DNA of 64,000 nucleotides from contig CAWASE010000023.1 in the NCBI GenBank assembly GCA_963784675.1, forward strand, positions 23,792 to 87,791, given 5' to 3'. The translations under genes were made by a program, and so were the position numbers. Shown here piece by piece: positions 20,829-29,953 of this stretch (within the stretch, counting starts at the first letter, position 1; each line of letters starts with the position of its first letter). Under the pieces are notes generated by a model. It did not search any database, had not been told where the DNA came from, and saw only the letters and a list, made by a program, of their open reading frames with translations. This DNA comes from an uncultured Actinomycetes bacterium. GTDB lineage: Bacteria > Actinomycetota > Actinomycetes > Mycobacteriales > SCTD01.

Positions 20829-22235
20829 TCAGCCCAGCAGGGTGAGGTCGAGCGAGAGCACGACCCCGCCGACGATCCCCAGCCCGATCGACGCGGCGGC
20901 AGCGGCCACGGCGCACAATGCGGCGATCGGCCGTACGGCGACCGGAGCGGCCTGCGCGGCTCCGGTGCGGTCGAAGACCGGGGCCAGCCAGCGCAGGTAG
21001 TAGACCAGGCTGATCACCGTGTTCACGGCTGCCACGGCGACCAGCCAGCCGAACCCGCCGTCCAGGGCAGCGCCGAAGACGGCCACCTTTCCGACGAAGA
21101 CCGCCGTCGGCGGCGTGCCGACCAGACCGAGCAGGAGAACCAGCAGCGACAGGCCGAGCCAGGCGCGTCCGGCGGCGAGTCCGCGGTAGTGGTCGATCCG
21201 GGTCAGCGCCGGCAGCGCCGCCACCACGGCGAAGGCCCCGATGTTCGTGACCGCGTACGCCGCCAGGTACAGCGCGAGGGCGGGCAGGGCGAGCTCGGTA
21301 CGGGAGGCCACCGCGACAGCCATCAGCAGGTAACCGGCCTGGCTCACCGTGGACCAGCCGAGCAGCCGGCGGACGTCCTGCTGGGCGAGCGCCGCAAGAT
21401 TGCCCACGGTCATGGTCAAGGCCGCCAGCACGGCGAGCAGCACCGGCCAGCGGACGACGGTGTCGGGGACCACGGACAGGACGCGGAAGGCGGCGAGCAG
21501 TCCGCCCACCTTGGGGACCGTGGTGAGGATCGCGGCCGCCCCGGACCGGGACCCCTCGGCGGCGTCCGGCACCCAGAAGTGACCCGGGACGAAGCCGCCC
21601 TTGAAGGCCAGGCCGGCCAGCAGCGCCACCACGCCGGCCGCGACGGCTCCCCGGTACGTCTGGTCGAGTGCGCGCAGGTCGGCGTAGCCCGTCCCCCCGG
21701 CGACGCCGGACAGCAGCACGACGCCGACCAGCATGGCGACCCCCAGGAACGCCCCGAGCAGGTAGGTCTTCAGCGCCGCCTCGCTGCCGGCCCGGTCGCG
21801 CGCCGCACCTGCCAGTCCGTAGAGAGGGACGCTGGCGAGCAGGTAGCCCACCGACAGGACCAGCAGATCGTTGCTGCCGGCGAGCACCTGGCTGCCGAGG
21901 ACGGCGAACAGCAGCAGGACGTAGTGCTCGGTCTCGCGCCGGTCTCCCGCCACCTGTTCCCCGACGATGCCGAGCAGCAGCAGACCGGCGAGGGCGCCGA
22001 CGATCCGGGCGGTGGCAGTCACTCCGTCGACGGCGAACGTGTCGTCGAAGACGAGCCGGTCGGCGCCGGCCAGCGCCGCCACGGAGGCGACCAGCGACAC
22101 CACGAGAACCGCGGCCGTGGCGAGGCGCGCCAGCCACTGCCGCGAGCGCGGCAGGAAGGAGCCGAGCAGCAGAACGCCGGTCGCACCGAGCAGCAGGACC
22201 AGCTCGGGCAGCAGGGCGACGGGGTCCTCGTTCAA
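20829..22235 (-). CDS. NuoN-like antiporter-type subunit
   Basis: [78 protein letters not shown]; TTG overlaps the nuoM-like stop. Confidence 0.9.
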   Translation of the reverse strand: MNEDPVALLPELVLLLGATGVLLLGSFLPRSRQWLARLATAAVLVVSLVASVAALAGADRLVFDDTFAVDGVTATARIVGALAGLLLLGIVGEQVAGDRRETEHYVLLLFAVLGSQVLAGSNDLLVLSVGYLLASVPLYGLAGAARDRAGSEAALKTYLLGAFLGVAMLVGVVLLSGVAGGTGYADLRALDQTYRGAVAAGVVALLAGLAFKGGFVPGHFWVPDAAEGSRSGAAAILTTVPKVGGLLAAFRVLSVVPDTVVRWPVLLAVLAALTMTVGNLAALAQQDVRRLLGWSTVSQAGYLLMAVAVASRTELALPALALYLAAYAVTNIGAFAVVAALPALTRIDHYRGLAAGRAWLGLSLLVLLLGLVGTPPTAVFVGKVAVFGAALDGGFGWLVAVAAVNTVISLVYYLRWLAPVFDRTGAAQAAPVAVRPIAALCAVAAAAASIGLGIVGGVVLSLDLTLLG

Positions 22236-23737
22236 CGACCCACCAGGTCGGCGACGGCCCGCGCCGACGGCTCGACCACGTCCAGCAGCGGCCTCGGCAG
22301 GATCCCGATCAGCACCGAGAGCGCCAGCAGCGGGACGACGCCGGCGAGCTCGCTCGGCCGCAGGTCGCGCACCTTGCCGGTGCTCGGACCGGGCGTGCCG
22401 AGCAGCATCCGCCCGATGGCCAGCAGGAACAGCGCGGCCGTGACGAGCAGCCCGAGCAGCGCCACGATGACCCCGACCGGCGCCGAGCCGAGCGAGCCTG
22501 CCAGGACCTGGAACTCGGCGACGAACCCGGACAGACCCGGTAGCCCGAGGCTCGCGAAGCAGGCGAGCCCGAACAGTCCGGCGAAGCGCGGCGCCTGCGG
22601 TCCGAGCCCCCCGTACTGCGACATCTCGTAGGTCCCGGCGCGGTCCTGCAGCACACCGGCCAGCAGGAAGAGCGCACCCGTGACGAGTCCGTGGCTGACC
22701 ATCTGCGTGACGGCACCGGTCAGCGCCACCGTCCGGGCCTCGGCATCGGTGCTGCCGAGCATCCCGGCTGCCCCGACCGCGAGCAGGACGTAGCCCATGT
22801 GCGCGACCGAGGTGTAGGCGACCATCCGCTTCAGGTCCGTCTGCGCCAGCGCCACCAGGGCTCCGTACAGCACCCCGACGGCGCCGATCACGACAGCGAC
22901 GACCGCCCAGGTGCGCCACGCGTCCGGCAGCATCGGCATCGCGATCCGCAGGAAGCCGTAGGTGCCCATCTTGAGCAGCACGCCGGCCAGGATCGCGGAG
23001 CCGACCGCCGGGGCGTCCGTGTGCGCGGGGGGCAGCCAGGTGTGGAAGGGGACCGTCGGCGTCTTCACGGCGAGGCCGATGCCGATCGCCAGCAGCGCCA
23101 GCCCCCCGGCCAGACCGCGTCCCTGCAGCGCGGGGTTGCGGGTCAGCTCGACCATGTCGAACGTGTGCGGCGACGAGCCGGCGAACAGCACCAGGAAGCC
23201 GACCAGCAGCGCCAGGCTGCCCAGGAACGTGTAGAGGAAGAACTTCAGCGCCGACCGCGCCGCCTGGCCGTGGCCCCAGCCGGCGATGACGAAGTACATG
23301 CCGACGATGGACAGGTCGAAGAAGACGAAGAACAGGATCAGGTCCAGGCTCACGAACACGCCCAGGCACATCGTCTCCAGGAACAGCAGCAGCGCCGCGA
23401 AGGTGCGTGGCCGCAGCTGTTCCCGCCAGGCATAGAGCGCACAGCAGAAGAACAGGCCCGCGGTCAGCAGCACGAGCGGCAGCGACAGTCCGTCGACGCC
23501 GACGTGGTAGCTGCTGCCGACCGACGGGATCCAGGTCAGCGTGCGTTCGTGGGCGAAGCCACCGACGAGTCCCGCCCGGGGTTCGTAGGTGATCCAGAGC
23601 CCGAGCGCCAGGGCCAGCTCGGCCCCCGTGACGCCGATGAGCACGGCGCGGGCGGCGACGTCGGGAAGCCCGGGCACGGCGACCAGGACGACGGCCGTCA
23701 GCAGGGGAAGGAAGACCAGCAGGTCGAGCACGCTCAC
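22232..23737 (-). CDS. NuoM-like antiporter-type subunit
   Basis: [77 protein letters not shown]. Reads FFVFFD where canonical NuoM has FYxFWE. Confidence 0.92.
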   Translation of the reverse strand: MSVLDLLVFLPLLTAVVLVAVPGLPDVAARAVLIGVTGAELALALGLWITYEPRAGLVGGFAHERTLTWIPSVGSSYHVGVDGLSLPLVLLTAGLFFCCALYAWREQLRPRTFAALLLFLETMCLGVFVSLDLILFFVFFDLSIVGMYFVIAGWGHGQAARSALKFFLYTFLGSLALLVGFLVLFAGSSPHTFDMVELTRNPALQGRGLAGGLALLAIGIGLAVKTPTVPFHTWLPPAHTDAPAVGSAILAGVLLKMGTYGFLRIAMPMLPDAWRTWAVVAVVIGAVGVLYGALVALAQTDLKRMVAYTSVAHMGYVLLAVGAAGMLGSTDAEARTVALTGAVTQMVSHGLVTGALFLLAGVLQDRAGTYEMSQYGGLGPQAPRFAGLFGLACFASLGLPGLSGFVAEFQVLAGSLGSAPVGVIVALLGLLVTAALFLLAIGRMLLGTPGPSTGKVRDLRPSELAGVVPLLALSVLIGILPRPLLDVVEPSARAVADLVGR

Positions 23738-24230
23738 CTCATCAGCAGCAGGAGCAGGGTGGACACGGCAAGCACGGCCGCAGCCTGGCCGTAGTACTGG
23801 TGCAGCTGTCCGGTCTGCAACCGACGGGCGCCCGCACCGCCGCGCGCGACCAGGCGGGTCACCGCGGCGACGGTCCCGTCGAGGCCGCCGAGGTCGAACC
23901 GCGCGGAGGCGCGAGCGGCGCTCGTGGTGGCGCGCGCGGTCCCGACCACCGCGCCGTCGAGGACGCCGTCGTCGCCTCGAGCGAGTGCCCCGGACACCGA
24001 GCGGACGCGGCGCGCGACCCGTTCGACGGAGCCGTCGACGATCTGGTCGTCGAAGACGGCCAGGGCCTGCGACAGCGCCAGCACCGGGCGCACGGCCACG
24101 GCGTGCGCGGCCTGCTCCATCAGCAGCCACCGGCTGAGCAGGGGGACGCGCGCCCTGCGTTCCCAGCGCGTCGTCGCGACGAGGACGACCAGGGCGAGCA
24201 CCGCCGACAGCAGCAGCCCGAGGACGCAGC
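23734..24230 (-). pseudogene. NuoL-like subunit, C-terminal fragment only (5' part deleted)
   Basis: FDDQIVDGSV...DDGVLDGAV...FDLGGLDGTV...ARRLQTGQLHQYY, the typical NuoL C-terminal helix/TM; frame breaks at the IS110 junction. Confidence 0.8.
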
Positions 24231-24233
24231 GCC

Positions 24234-24716
24234 GCCCGCTGGCGTCAGCTCAACGAGGACCTGGAGCGCGTCGAGGCCGACATGACCCGGCTGCTCGCGC
24301 TGACCGACGGTCAGGTCCTGACCAGCCTGCCGGGGGTCAAGGACGTCCGGGCGGCCTGCTTCAGCGCCTTCACCCTGCCGATCGACCGGTTCCCGACCGC
24401 CGAGCACCTCTACTCCGCGACCGGGCTCGCGCCCGCCCGCTACGAATCTTCAAGCCTGCGCAAGCGCGGCGGCATCAGCCGGCAGGGGCTGCCCGAGCAC
24501 CGCGACGCCCTGATGGGCATCGCCTGGGGCCTGAGCCAGTACTGCGGCCCGTTCATCGACCGAGAGGAGCAGCTCCGCGCCCGACACATGAGCCCGATCC
24601 AGGTCCGGGTGTCCCTGGCCCGACACGCCTGCCGGCTCCTGTTCCGGATGCTCACGACCCAGGAACCGTTCGACGAACAGCGTTACCGTCGAGCCCGGCA
24701 CCAGGTCAGGCAGTGA
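24234..24716 (+). pseudogene. IS110 transposase, C-terminal (Transposase_20-like) part; DEDD N-terminal domain missing
   Basis: ARWRQLNEDLERVEADMTRLL...LTSLPGV...IDRFPTAEHLYSATGLAPARYESSS...GISRQG...RDAL. Confidence 0.85.
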
Positions 24717-24845
24717 CGGCGCTCCCGCTATGCCGCACGACGGCGCAACCTAGCTAGCCGCCTGCCTGACCTGGGGCCACCTGACGGCGAAGACGAGAGC
24801 CTGCCGCACGACGGCGACTGATCAGCCTGCCGCACCCGGCCCCAC
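24701..24845 (+). ncRNA. Putative IS110 bridge/seek RNA (two stem-internal-loop modules)
   Basis: 13-bp stem 24701-24713/24762-24774 and 7-bp stem 24772-24778/24838-24844, each enclosing the module TGACGGCG-[variable]-TGCCGCACGACGGCG-[variable]-GCCGC. Confidence 0.65.
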
Positions 24846-24945
24846 TCGCCGAGCAACACCACAACGCTCAGCCGAGCCCGACACCACCAGCGGTCCCGGG
24901 CCGATGACCCACGCCCACGAACGACTTGACGCCGACAGGTGAGAG

Positions 24946-25491
24946 CTAGACCAGGAACGCCAGCGGCATGTGCACCACGTTCCAGCCGGCGCCCTGAGCA
25001 GCCGCGACCGCGCGCACGTCCAGGCTCTGCGCCACGACCGCCGGCGGGATCAGGGCGAACATCAGCGGCAGCTCATACGCCAGCGCAAGGGCCAGGAACC
25101 GGTAGCCGCCGACGAGCGCGAGCGTGCTCGCACCACCCCAGCCGAGCAACCACACCAGTGCCCAGACGCAGACGTCGAGCGCGTTGAACCAGACGACGCC
25201 CGCGGGCAGGTCGGCGACGACCTGACCTCCGATCGGGACGACCGCCATCATCAGGGCCGCGACGACGAGCAGGCCACCGCCACCGAGCCGCCACAGCAAG
25301 GCATCCGGGGCGGGGGTCGTCCGTCGACGTTGCACGAGCAGCCGGGCGACGTCAGGCCAGGGCGACAGCCCGGCCCGGGACGGAGGCTGACCTGCAGCGC
25401 GGGCGACGAGGTAGCGGTCCCCCACGGCGGCCGCCGTCGCCAGCACCGCCAGCGCCAGCAGGGCCGCAGGGGCGAGGAGCAGCTCAGGCAT
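24946..25491 (-). pseudogene. NuoH-like subunit truncated at 181 aa by the IS insertion
   Basis: RLLVQRRRTTPAPDALLW, DLPAGVVWF, LVGGYRFLALALAYELPLMF, AAQ..WNVVHMPLAFLV; the stop is created at the IS junction. Confidence 0.85.
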
Positions 25492-26596
25492 GCGCTCCCA
25501 CCCGTTCCAGGCAGGGCCCGAACGCCGCGACGACGGGAGCCGCGGACGCCAGGTCGAGTCCGGTGACGGCAACCTGAAGCTCGTGCAGCGACGCTCGCGG
25601 CACAGCCGCACGGTCCCGGACGGCAGCCACCAGCGCGTCCAGGTGAGCGACGAGGTCCCGCCCAGCAGGTCCGGGCAGTCCACGCAACGACCAGCGGAGC
25701 ACGCGCGCCTGCTCGGTCCGGCGCAGCAGGGCCTCGACCGCCGTCGCCTCGCCCTCACGGCGCGCCCGGCGCCCTCGCCGCGCGAGATCGTCCCAACCGG
25801 CCGCCGCCAGCAGCACCAGCAACGCGTCGAGCGGACCGGTCGGGTCTGCCTGCATTGGAGGCTGGTCCAGCACCTGCGCCGAGACTTCGGTCAGCACGTC
25901 ACCGGACAGCGTCACGGTCAGCTCGAGGCCGGCCGGCCAGCCGGGCAGGATCGGGCCGACCGTCTGTCGCAGCCCCTCGAGCCGGAGGCCGTCGCGGTCC
26001 GGGACGCGGTCAGCCATCACCAGGCCGCCGGGCAAGGACATGTCCATGCCGGCCATGTCGTGGTCCATCCCAGACATGTCCATGTCGTGGTCCATCCCAG
26101 ACATGTCCATGTCGTGGTCCATGCCGGCCATGTCCATGCCAGGCATGTCGTGGTCCATGCCAGCCATGTCCATGCCAGGCATGTCGTGGTCCATGCCGGC
26201 CGTGTCCATGCCGGCCGGGTCGTGGCTGTCCGGGCCAGCACCGTCGCCACCGCGATCGCGGGCGTCGTCGTGCTGCGCCCGCAGGTCGGCCAGCCGCTGC
26301 CGGGCCTGGTCGAGCCCGGCCTCGAGCCGCCCGACGTCGTCGACAAGTGCCAGGGCTCGCGGGCCCGGCATCGCCTCATAGGCGGCGTCCACGCGTCGGC
26401 TGAGCTCAGGACCCGCCGGTCCGCACTCCAGCAGCACGTCGGCCGCAGCAGGCGACAACGCTCGCGGCCAGCCACGCACGTCCAGCGCATCCTCGGCGGC
26501 CCGGTACACGTTGGCGTGGCCAGGGACAGGCACGAGCAGCACGTGCGGCCGCCGCACAGCAGCGGCGAGCAACCGGGCGGCCAGCGTGCGACTCAC
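25484..26596 (-). CDS. Degenerate NuoB-like / Met-His-Asp repeat / NuoD-N-like fusion protein
   Basis: SPAAADVLLECG...VDAAYEAMPGPR resembles NuoB SPRQADLMIVAG...VYDQMPEPK without the Fe-S Cys set; central MDHDM repeats; VGPILPGWPAGLELTVTLSGDVL resembles NuoD GPQHP...LRLILELDGE. Confidence 0.75.
   Translation of the reverse strand: MSRTLAARLLAAAVRRPHVLLVPVPGHANVYRAAEDALDVRGWPRALSPAAADVLLECGPAGPELSRRVDAAYEAMPGPRALALVDDVGRLEAGLDQARQRLADLRAQHDDARDRGGDGAGPDSHDPAGMDTAGMDHDMPGMDMAGMDHDMPGMDMAGMDHDMDMSGMDHDMDMSGMDHDMAGMDMSLPGGLVMADRVPDRDGLRLEGLRQTVGPILPGWPAGLELTVTLSGDVLTEVSAQVLDQPPMQADPTGPLDALLVLLAAAGWDDLARRGRRARREGEATAVEALLRRTEQARVLRWSLRGLPGPAGRDLVAHLDALVAAVRDRAAVPRASLHELQVAVTGLDLASAAPVVAAFGPCLERVGAHA
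26038..26217 (-). repeat. Coding tandem repeats GMDHDM / GMDM (15-36 bp units)
   Basis: ccatgtcgtggtccat-type units; the peptide contains 19 Met and five MDHDM motifs. Confidence 0.95.
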
Positions 26597-26600
26597 GTCG

Positions 26601-26951
26601 TCAGGACCATCGGAACGCGCCCTCGCGCCAGGCGTAGACCACGCCGGCGAGCAACAGCGCCAGGAAGGCGAACATCTCGATCACGGCGGACGCCCCGACC
26701 GAGGACACGACCACCGACCACGGGTACATGAAGAGCATCTCCAGGTCGAAGGCCAGGAAGACCAGGCTCATCGCATACCAGCGCGCATGGAAGCGGTGCA
26801 GGGCATGCTCGGTCGCCGCGGTCCCACCGGCCCACGGGTCGGCCACCAGAGGGGCCTGATGGATGCTGACCCGCCGCGACAGACCGTACAGCCCGACCAC
26901 CCCCAGACAGGCGAGCACCAGCAGCAGCACGGCACCTCCGTACGCACTCAC
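26601..26951 (-). CDS. NuoA-like subunit
   Basis: RFHARWYAMSLVFLAFDLEMLFMYPW...YAWREGAFRWS; 3 TM; GTG start. Confidence 0.9.
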   Translation of the reverse strand: MSAYGGAVLLLVLACLGVVGLYGLSRRVSIHQAPLVADPWAGGTAATEHALHRFHARWYAMSLVFLAFDLEMLFMYPWSVVVSSVGASAVIEMFAFLALLLAGVVYAWREGAFRWS

Positions 26952-26981
26952 GTCCCAGCCCCCTCTGCTTCCCTCTACCCC

Positions 26982-26996
26982 TACCCCCCAGGGGTT
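26982..26996. promoter_or_regulatory. Putative CsoR/RicR-type copper-responsive operator
   Basis: TACCCCCCAGGGGTT = ACCCC-N3-GGGGT palindrome about 30 nt upstream of nuoA-like; one mismatch to TACCCCnnnGGGGTA. Confidence 0.65.
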
Positions 26997-27083
26997 CTCC
27001 AACGCTCTCGGACGAAAATGACCCCGAGCGGTGTTTGCTCAGCAGGCGAGGTCGCCGGTCCTCGCCACGTCGAGAGGGACCTG

Positions 27084-27596
27084 ATGGGCATCCACCGCCT
27101 CAACCACGCCGTCCTCTACGTCCGTGACCTCTCGCGCAGCGTCGCGTTCTACACCGAGGTCCTCGACTTCCGGGTCACGACCACGATGGCCGACCGCGCC
27201 GCCTTCCTGCAGGCGCCCGACTCGACGAACGACCACGACCTGGGGCTGTTCGCACTGGGCGCGCAGGCCGGCGCCACGACCGCTGGGCGCAGCAGCGTCG
27301 GGCTCTACCACCTGGCCTGGGAGGTGAGCACCTTGGACGAGCTCGCCGAGCACCGTGACCGCCTGGATCAGGCGGGAGCGCTCGTGGGGGCATCCGACCA
27401 CGGCACGACCAAGAGCCTGTACGCCGCGGACCCGGACGGCCTGGAGTTCGAAGTCGTGTGGATCGTCCCGGCCGACCTGCTCGACCAGGCGACGTCGCTG
27501 GCCTCGGCCGCCATCCGCCCGTTGGACCTGGCTCAGGAGCAGGCGCGCTACGGCGGCGGCACCCGCGGCGGGGTCGGCATCAGCGTTCCGGGCTGA
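27084..27596 (+). CDS. VOC/glyoxalase family protein
   Basis: RLNHAVLYVRDLSRSVAFY, NDHDLGLF, GLYHLAWEV, SLYAADPDGLEFEV. Confidence 0.9.
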   Translation: MGIHRLNHAVLYVRDLSRSVAFYTEVLDFRVTTTMADRAAFLQAPDSTNDHDLGLFALGAQAGATTAGRSSVGLYHLAWEVSTLDELAEHRDRLDQAGALVGASDHGTTKSLYAADPDGLEFEVVWIVPADLLDQATSLASAAIRPLDLAQEQARYGGGTRGGVGISVPG

Positions 27597-27665
27597 GGCC
27601 GGGCCAGCCCAGGAACGACGAGAGGGCCGACCCAGCGGGTCGGCCCTCACGTCACGGACGGAAGA

Positions 27666-29161
27666 TCAGGTGCTGCGGGCCGCCTGCGGCCGGGTCGGAC
27701 GACCCGACGCAGAGCGCGGAGCGCCTGCGCTCCGAGGCCGGTTGGGGCGGCGGTCGCCCTGCGGACGAGGCACGTACGGTGCGCGCGGAGCCAGCACGAT
27801 CGCCTCGCCGGACTCCGCCAGCGCGCGCACGGCCGGGTGGCCGACGACCACGGTGACGGCGCTGGCCTCGACCCCGGCCCGCTCGCGCATGCGCTGGTGG
27901 TCGCGCACCTGGTCGCTGGTGATCAGCGACAGCACGGTGCCGCTGGCACCGGCGCGCGCGGTGCGGCCGGAGCGGTGCAGGTAGTCCTTGTGGTCGGCCG
28001 GCGGGTCGTAGTGCACGACCAGGTCGACGTCGTCGACGTGGATGCCGCGGGCGGCGACGTCGGTGGCGACCAGCACGCGGGCGTGGCCGGTCGGAGAAGT
28101 TGTCCAGCGCGCGCTTGCGGGCGTGCTGGGTGAGGTTGCCGTGGATGGCGCCGGCCTCGACGCCGACCTTGCGCAGCTGCAGCGCCAGCCGGTCGGCGCC
28201 GTGCTTGGTGCGCACGAAGAACAGCGTGCGGCCCGGGCGGGCGGCGATCTCGGCGGCGATGTCGACCTTGGCGTCGTGCTGCGACGGCGAAGACGCGGTG
28301 GTCCATCGTCGTGACCTCGGACTCCGCCGAGGCGACCGCGTGGATCGCCGGGTCCTTGAGGTAGCTGCGGACCAGCTTGTCGACGCCGCGGTCCAGCGTC
28401 GCGGAGAACAGCAGCCGCTGGCCGTCCGGGTCGGTCAGGTCGAGCAGCGCGGTCACGGCGGGCATGAAGCCGAGGTCGGCCATGTGGTCGGCCTCGTCCA
28501 GCACCGTGACCACGACGTCGGTCAGGGCGCACTCGCGCTGCTCGATGAGGTCCTGCAGCCGACCGGGGGTGGCGACGACGAGGTCGACGCCGCGACGCAG
28601 CTGGTCGATCTGTCGGCCCATGGAAGCGCCGCCATAGACGGGGACGACCTTCAGGTCGAGGGCCTGACCCAGCGGGGCGAGCGCGTCGTGCACCTGCTGC
28701 GCGAGCTCACGCGTGGGCACGAGCACCAGACCGCGCGGCAGGCCGCGCTTGCGCTCGCCGCCGATCAGACGGGTGAGCATCGGCAGGCCGAAGGCGAGCG
28801 TCTTGCCGGAGCCGGTGGCGCCCCGGCCGAGGACGTCGCGCCCGGCCAGAGCGTCGGGGATCGAGCGCGTCTGGATGGCGAACGGCGCGTGGAGGTCGCG
28901 ACGCGCCAGCGCGCTGACGAGGCGGTCGGGCAGACCGAGGGAGGAGAACGTCGCGGCCGAGTCGTCAGGCTGCGAGGCGGCGAGCTCGGCCGCGGCGTCG
29001 AGCGCGAGCTCGAGGTCGGACTTGACCGGCGCCGACGGACGCGACGCGCCGCGCGAGCTGCTGCGGGTGCCGCGGTAGCCCCCGGAGGAGCCGCGTGCGG
29101 ACGAGCTGCGCGCGGGGCGCGGGGTGGAGGAGGAACGGGACGGGGTGGGGCGGCCTGGCAT
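27666..29161 (-). CDS. DEAD-box RNA helicase (frameshifts near 28275 and 28090)
   Basis: Q motif [64 protein letters not shown]. Confidence 0.93.
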
Positions 29162-29398
29162 GAAAGAAAAAGGCTCCGTAGCTGTATCGGTAGCCGCAGG
29201 AAGCGCACACGCAGACGGGCCCCCGTCAAGGAGCGGGCGACGACGCACGAAGCGGCAGGCGGGCGGCTCGCCCGCAAGAGGTGACGGCCGGATCGCGGTG
29301 ACCAGAACGTCTGAGCACCGCCAAGGGTACTGCGTGGGAGCGACCCCAGCCCCGGGACGGACCTGTGTGATGCCCCACCCCGGCGATACCGTCGCAGC

Positions 29399-29940
29399 AT
29401 GACGACCCCCAGAGACCCGTTCGGTGTCCCCGCCGACGACGACGCGGTGGACGGCGGCGCACCGGGCTACGGACCCGCGCCGGGCCACGGACCGCCGCCC
29501 GGGTACGGAGCCGCGGAGGGCTATCGACCCCCGGAGGGACACGGCCCCCCGCCGGGCTACGGACCCGCGCCCGGAGCTGGGCTGCCCCCGCCGGCTACGG
29601 CGCTCCTAGGGTGTCCGGCCCGTCCGGGGACCAGACGGTGTGGGCGGTGCTGGCGCACCTGTCGATCTTCGCGCTCGGCCTGGTCGGTCCGCTCGCGCTC
29701 TACCTGGTCTATCGCGACACCTCGCCCATGGTGCGTCACCACGCGGCCCAGGCCCTCAACTTTCACCTGACGCTCGCGCTCGCCTTCGTCGTCAGCTTCG
29801 TGCTGGCGTTCGTGCTGATCGGTCTGCCGATGCTGGTCTTCTTGGTCTTCTACGGACCAGTGCTCGGCATCCTGGCCGCGATCAAGGCTTCGCGCGGTGA
29901 GCCCTACCGCTACCCGCTGACCATCCCGTTCGTGCGCTGA
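29399..29940 (+). CDS. DUF4870-domain membrane protein with PGYGP-rich N-terminus (frameshift near 29600)
   Basis: WAVLAHLS, GPLALYLV, VRHHAAQALNFHLT, AIKASRGEPYRYPLTIPFVR. Confidence 0.85.
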
Positions 29941-29953
29941 GCCCGGCGCGCCC

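Larger units (their letters stand above)
24234..24946 (+). mobile_element. IS110-family element remnant (3' transposase fragment plus long right non-coding end)
   Basis: Transposase fragment, structured 3' non-coding region, TTGACG 15 nt before the putative end GAGAGC, no terminal inverted repeats; abuts the truncated nuoH. Confidence 0.85.

Noticed and set aside
24714-24835. Repeat-spacer pattern as a mini-CRISPR
   Set aside because: Only two 15-nt repeats, very short variable segments and no cas genes; better explained as IS110 RNA modules.
26040-26381. Plus-strand Met/Ser/Trp-rich ORF
   Set aside because: Antisense reading of the MDHDM repeats.
20829-26951. Canonical respiratory nuoA-N operon
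   Set aside because: No room for NuoC/E/F/G between the fusion gene and nuoH, no Fe-S motifs, divergent NuoA loop and NuoM acidic residue; nuo gene symbols therefore not assigned.
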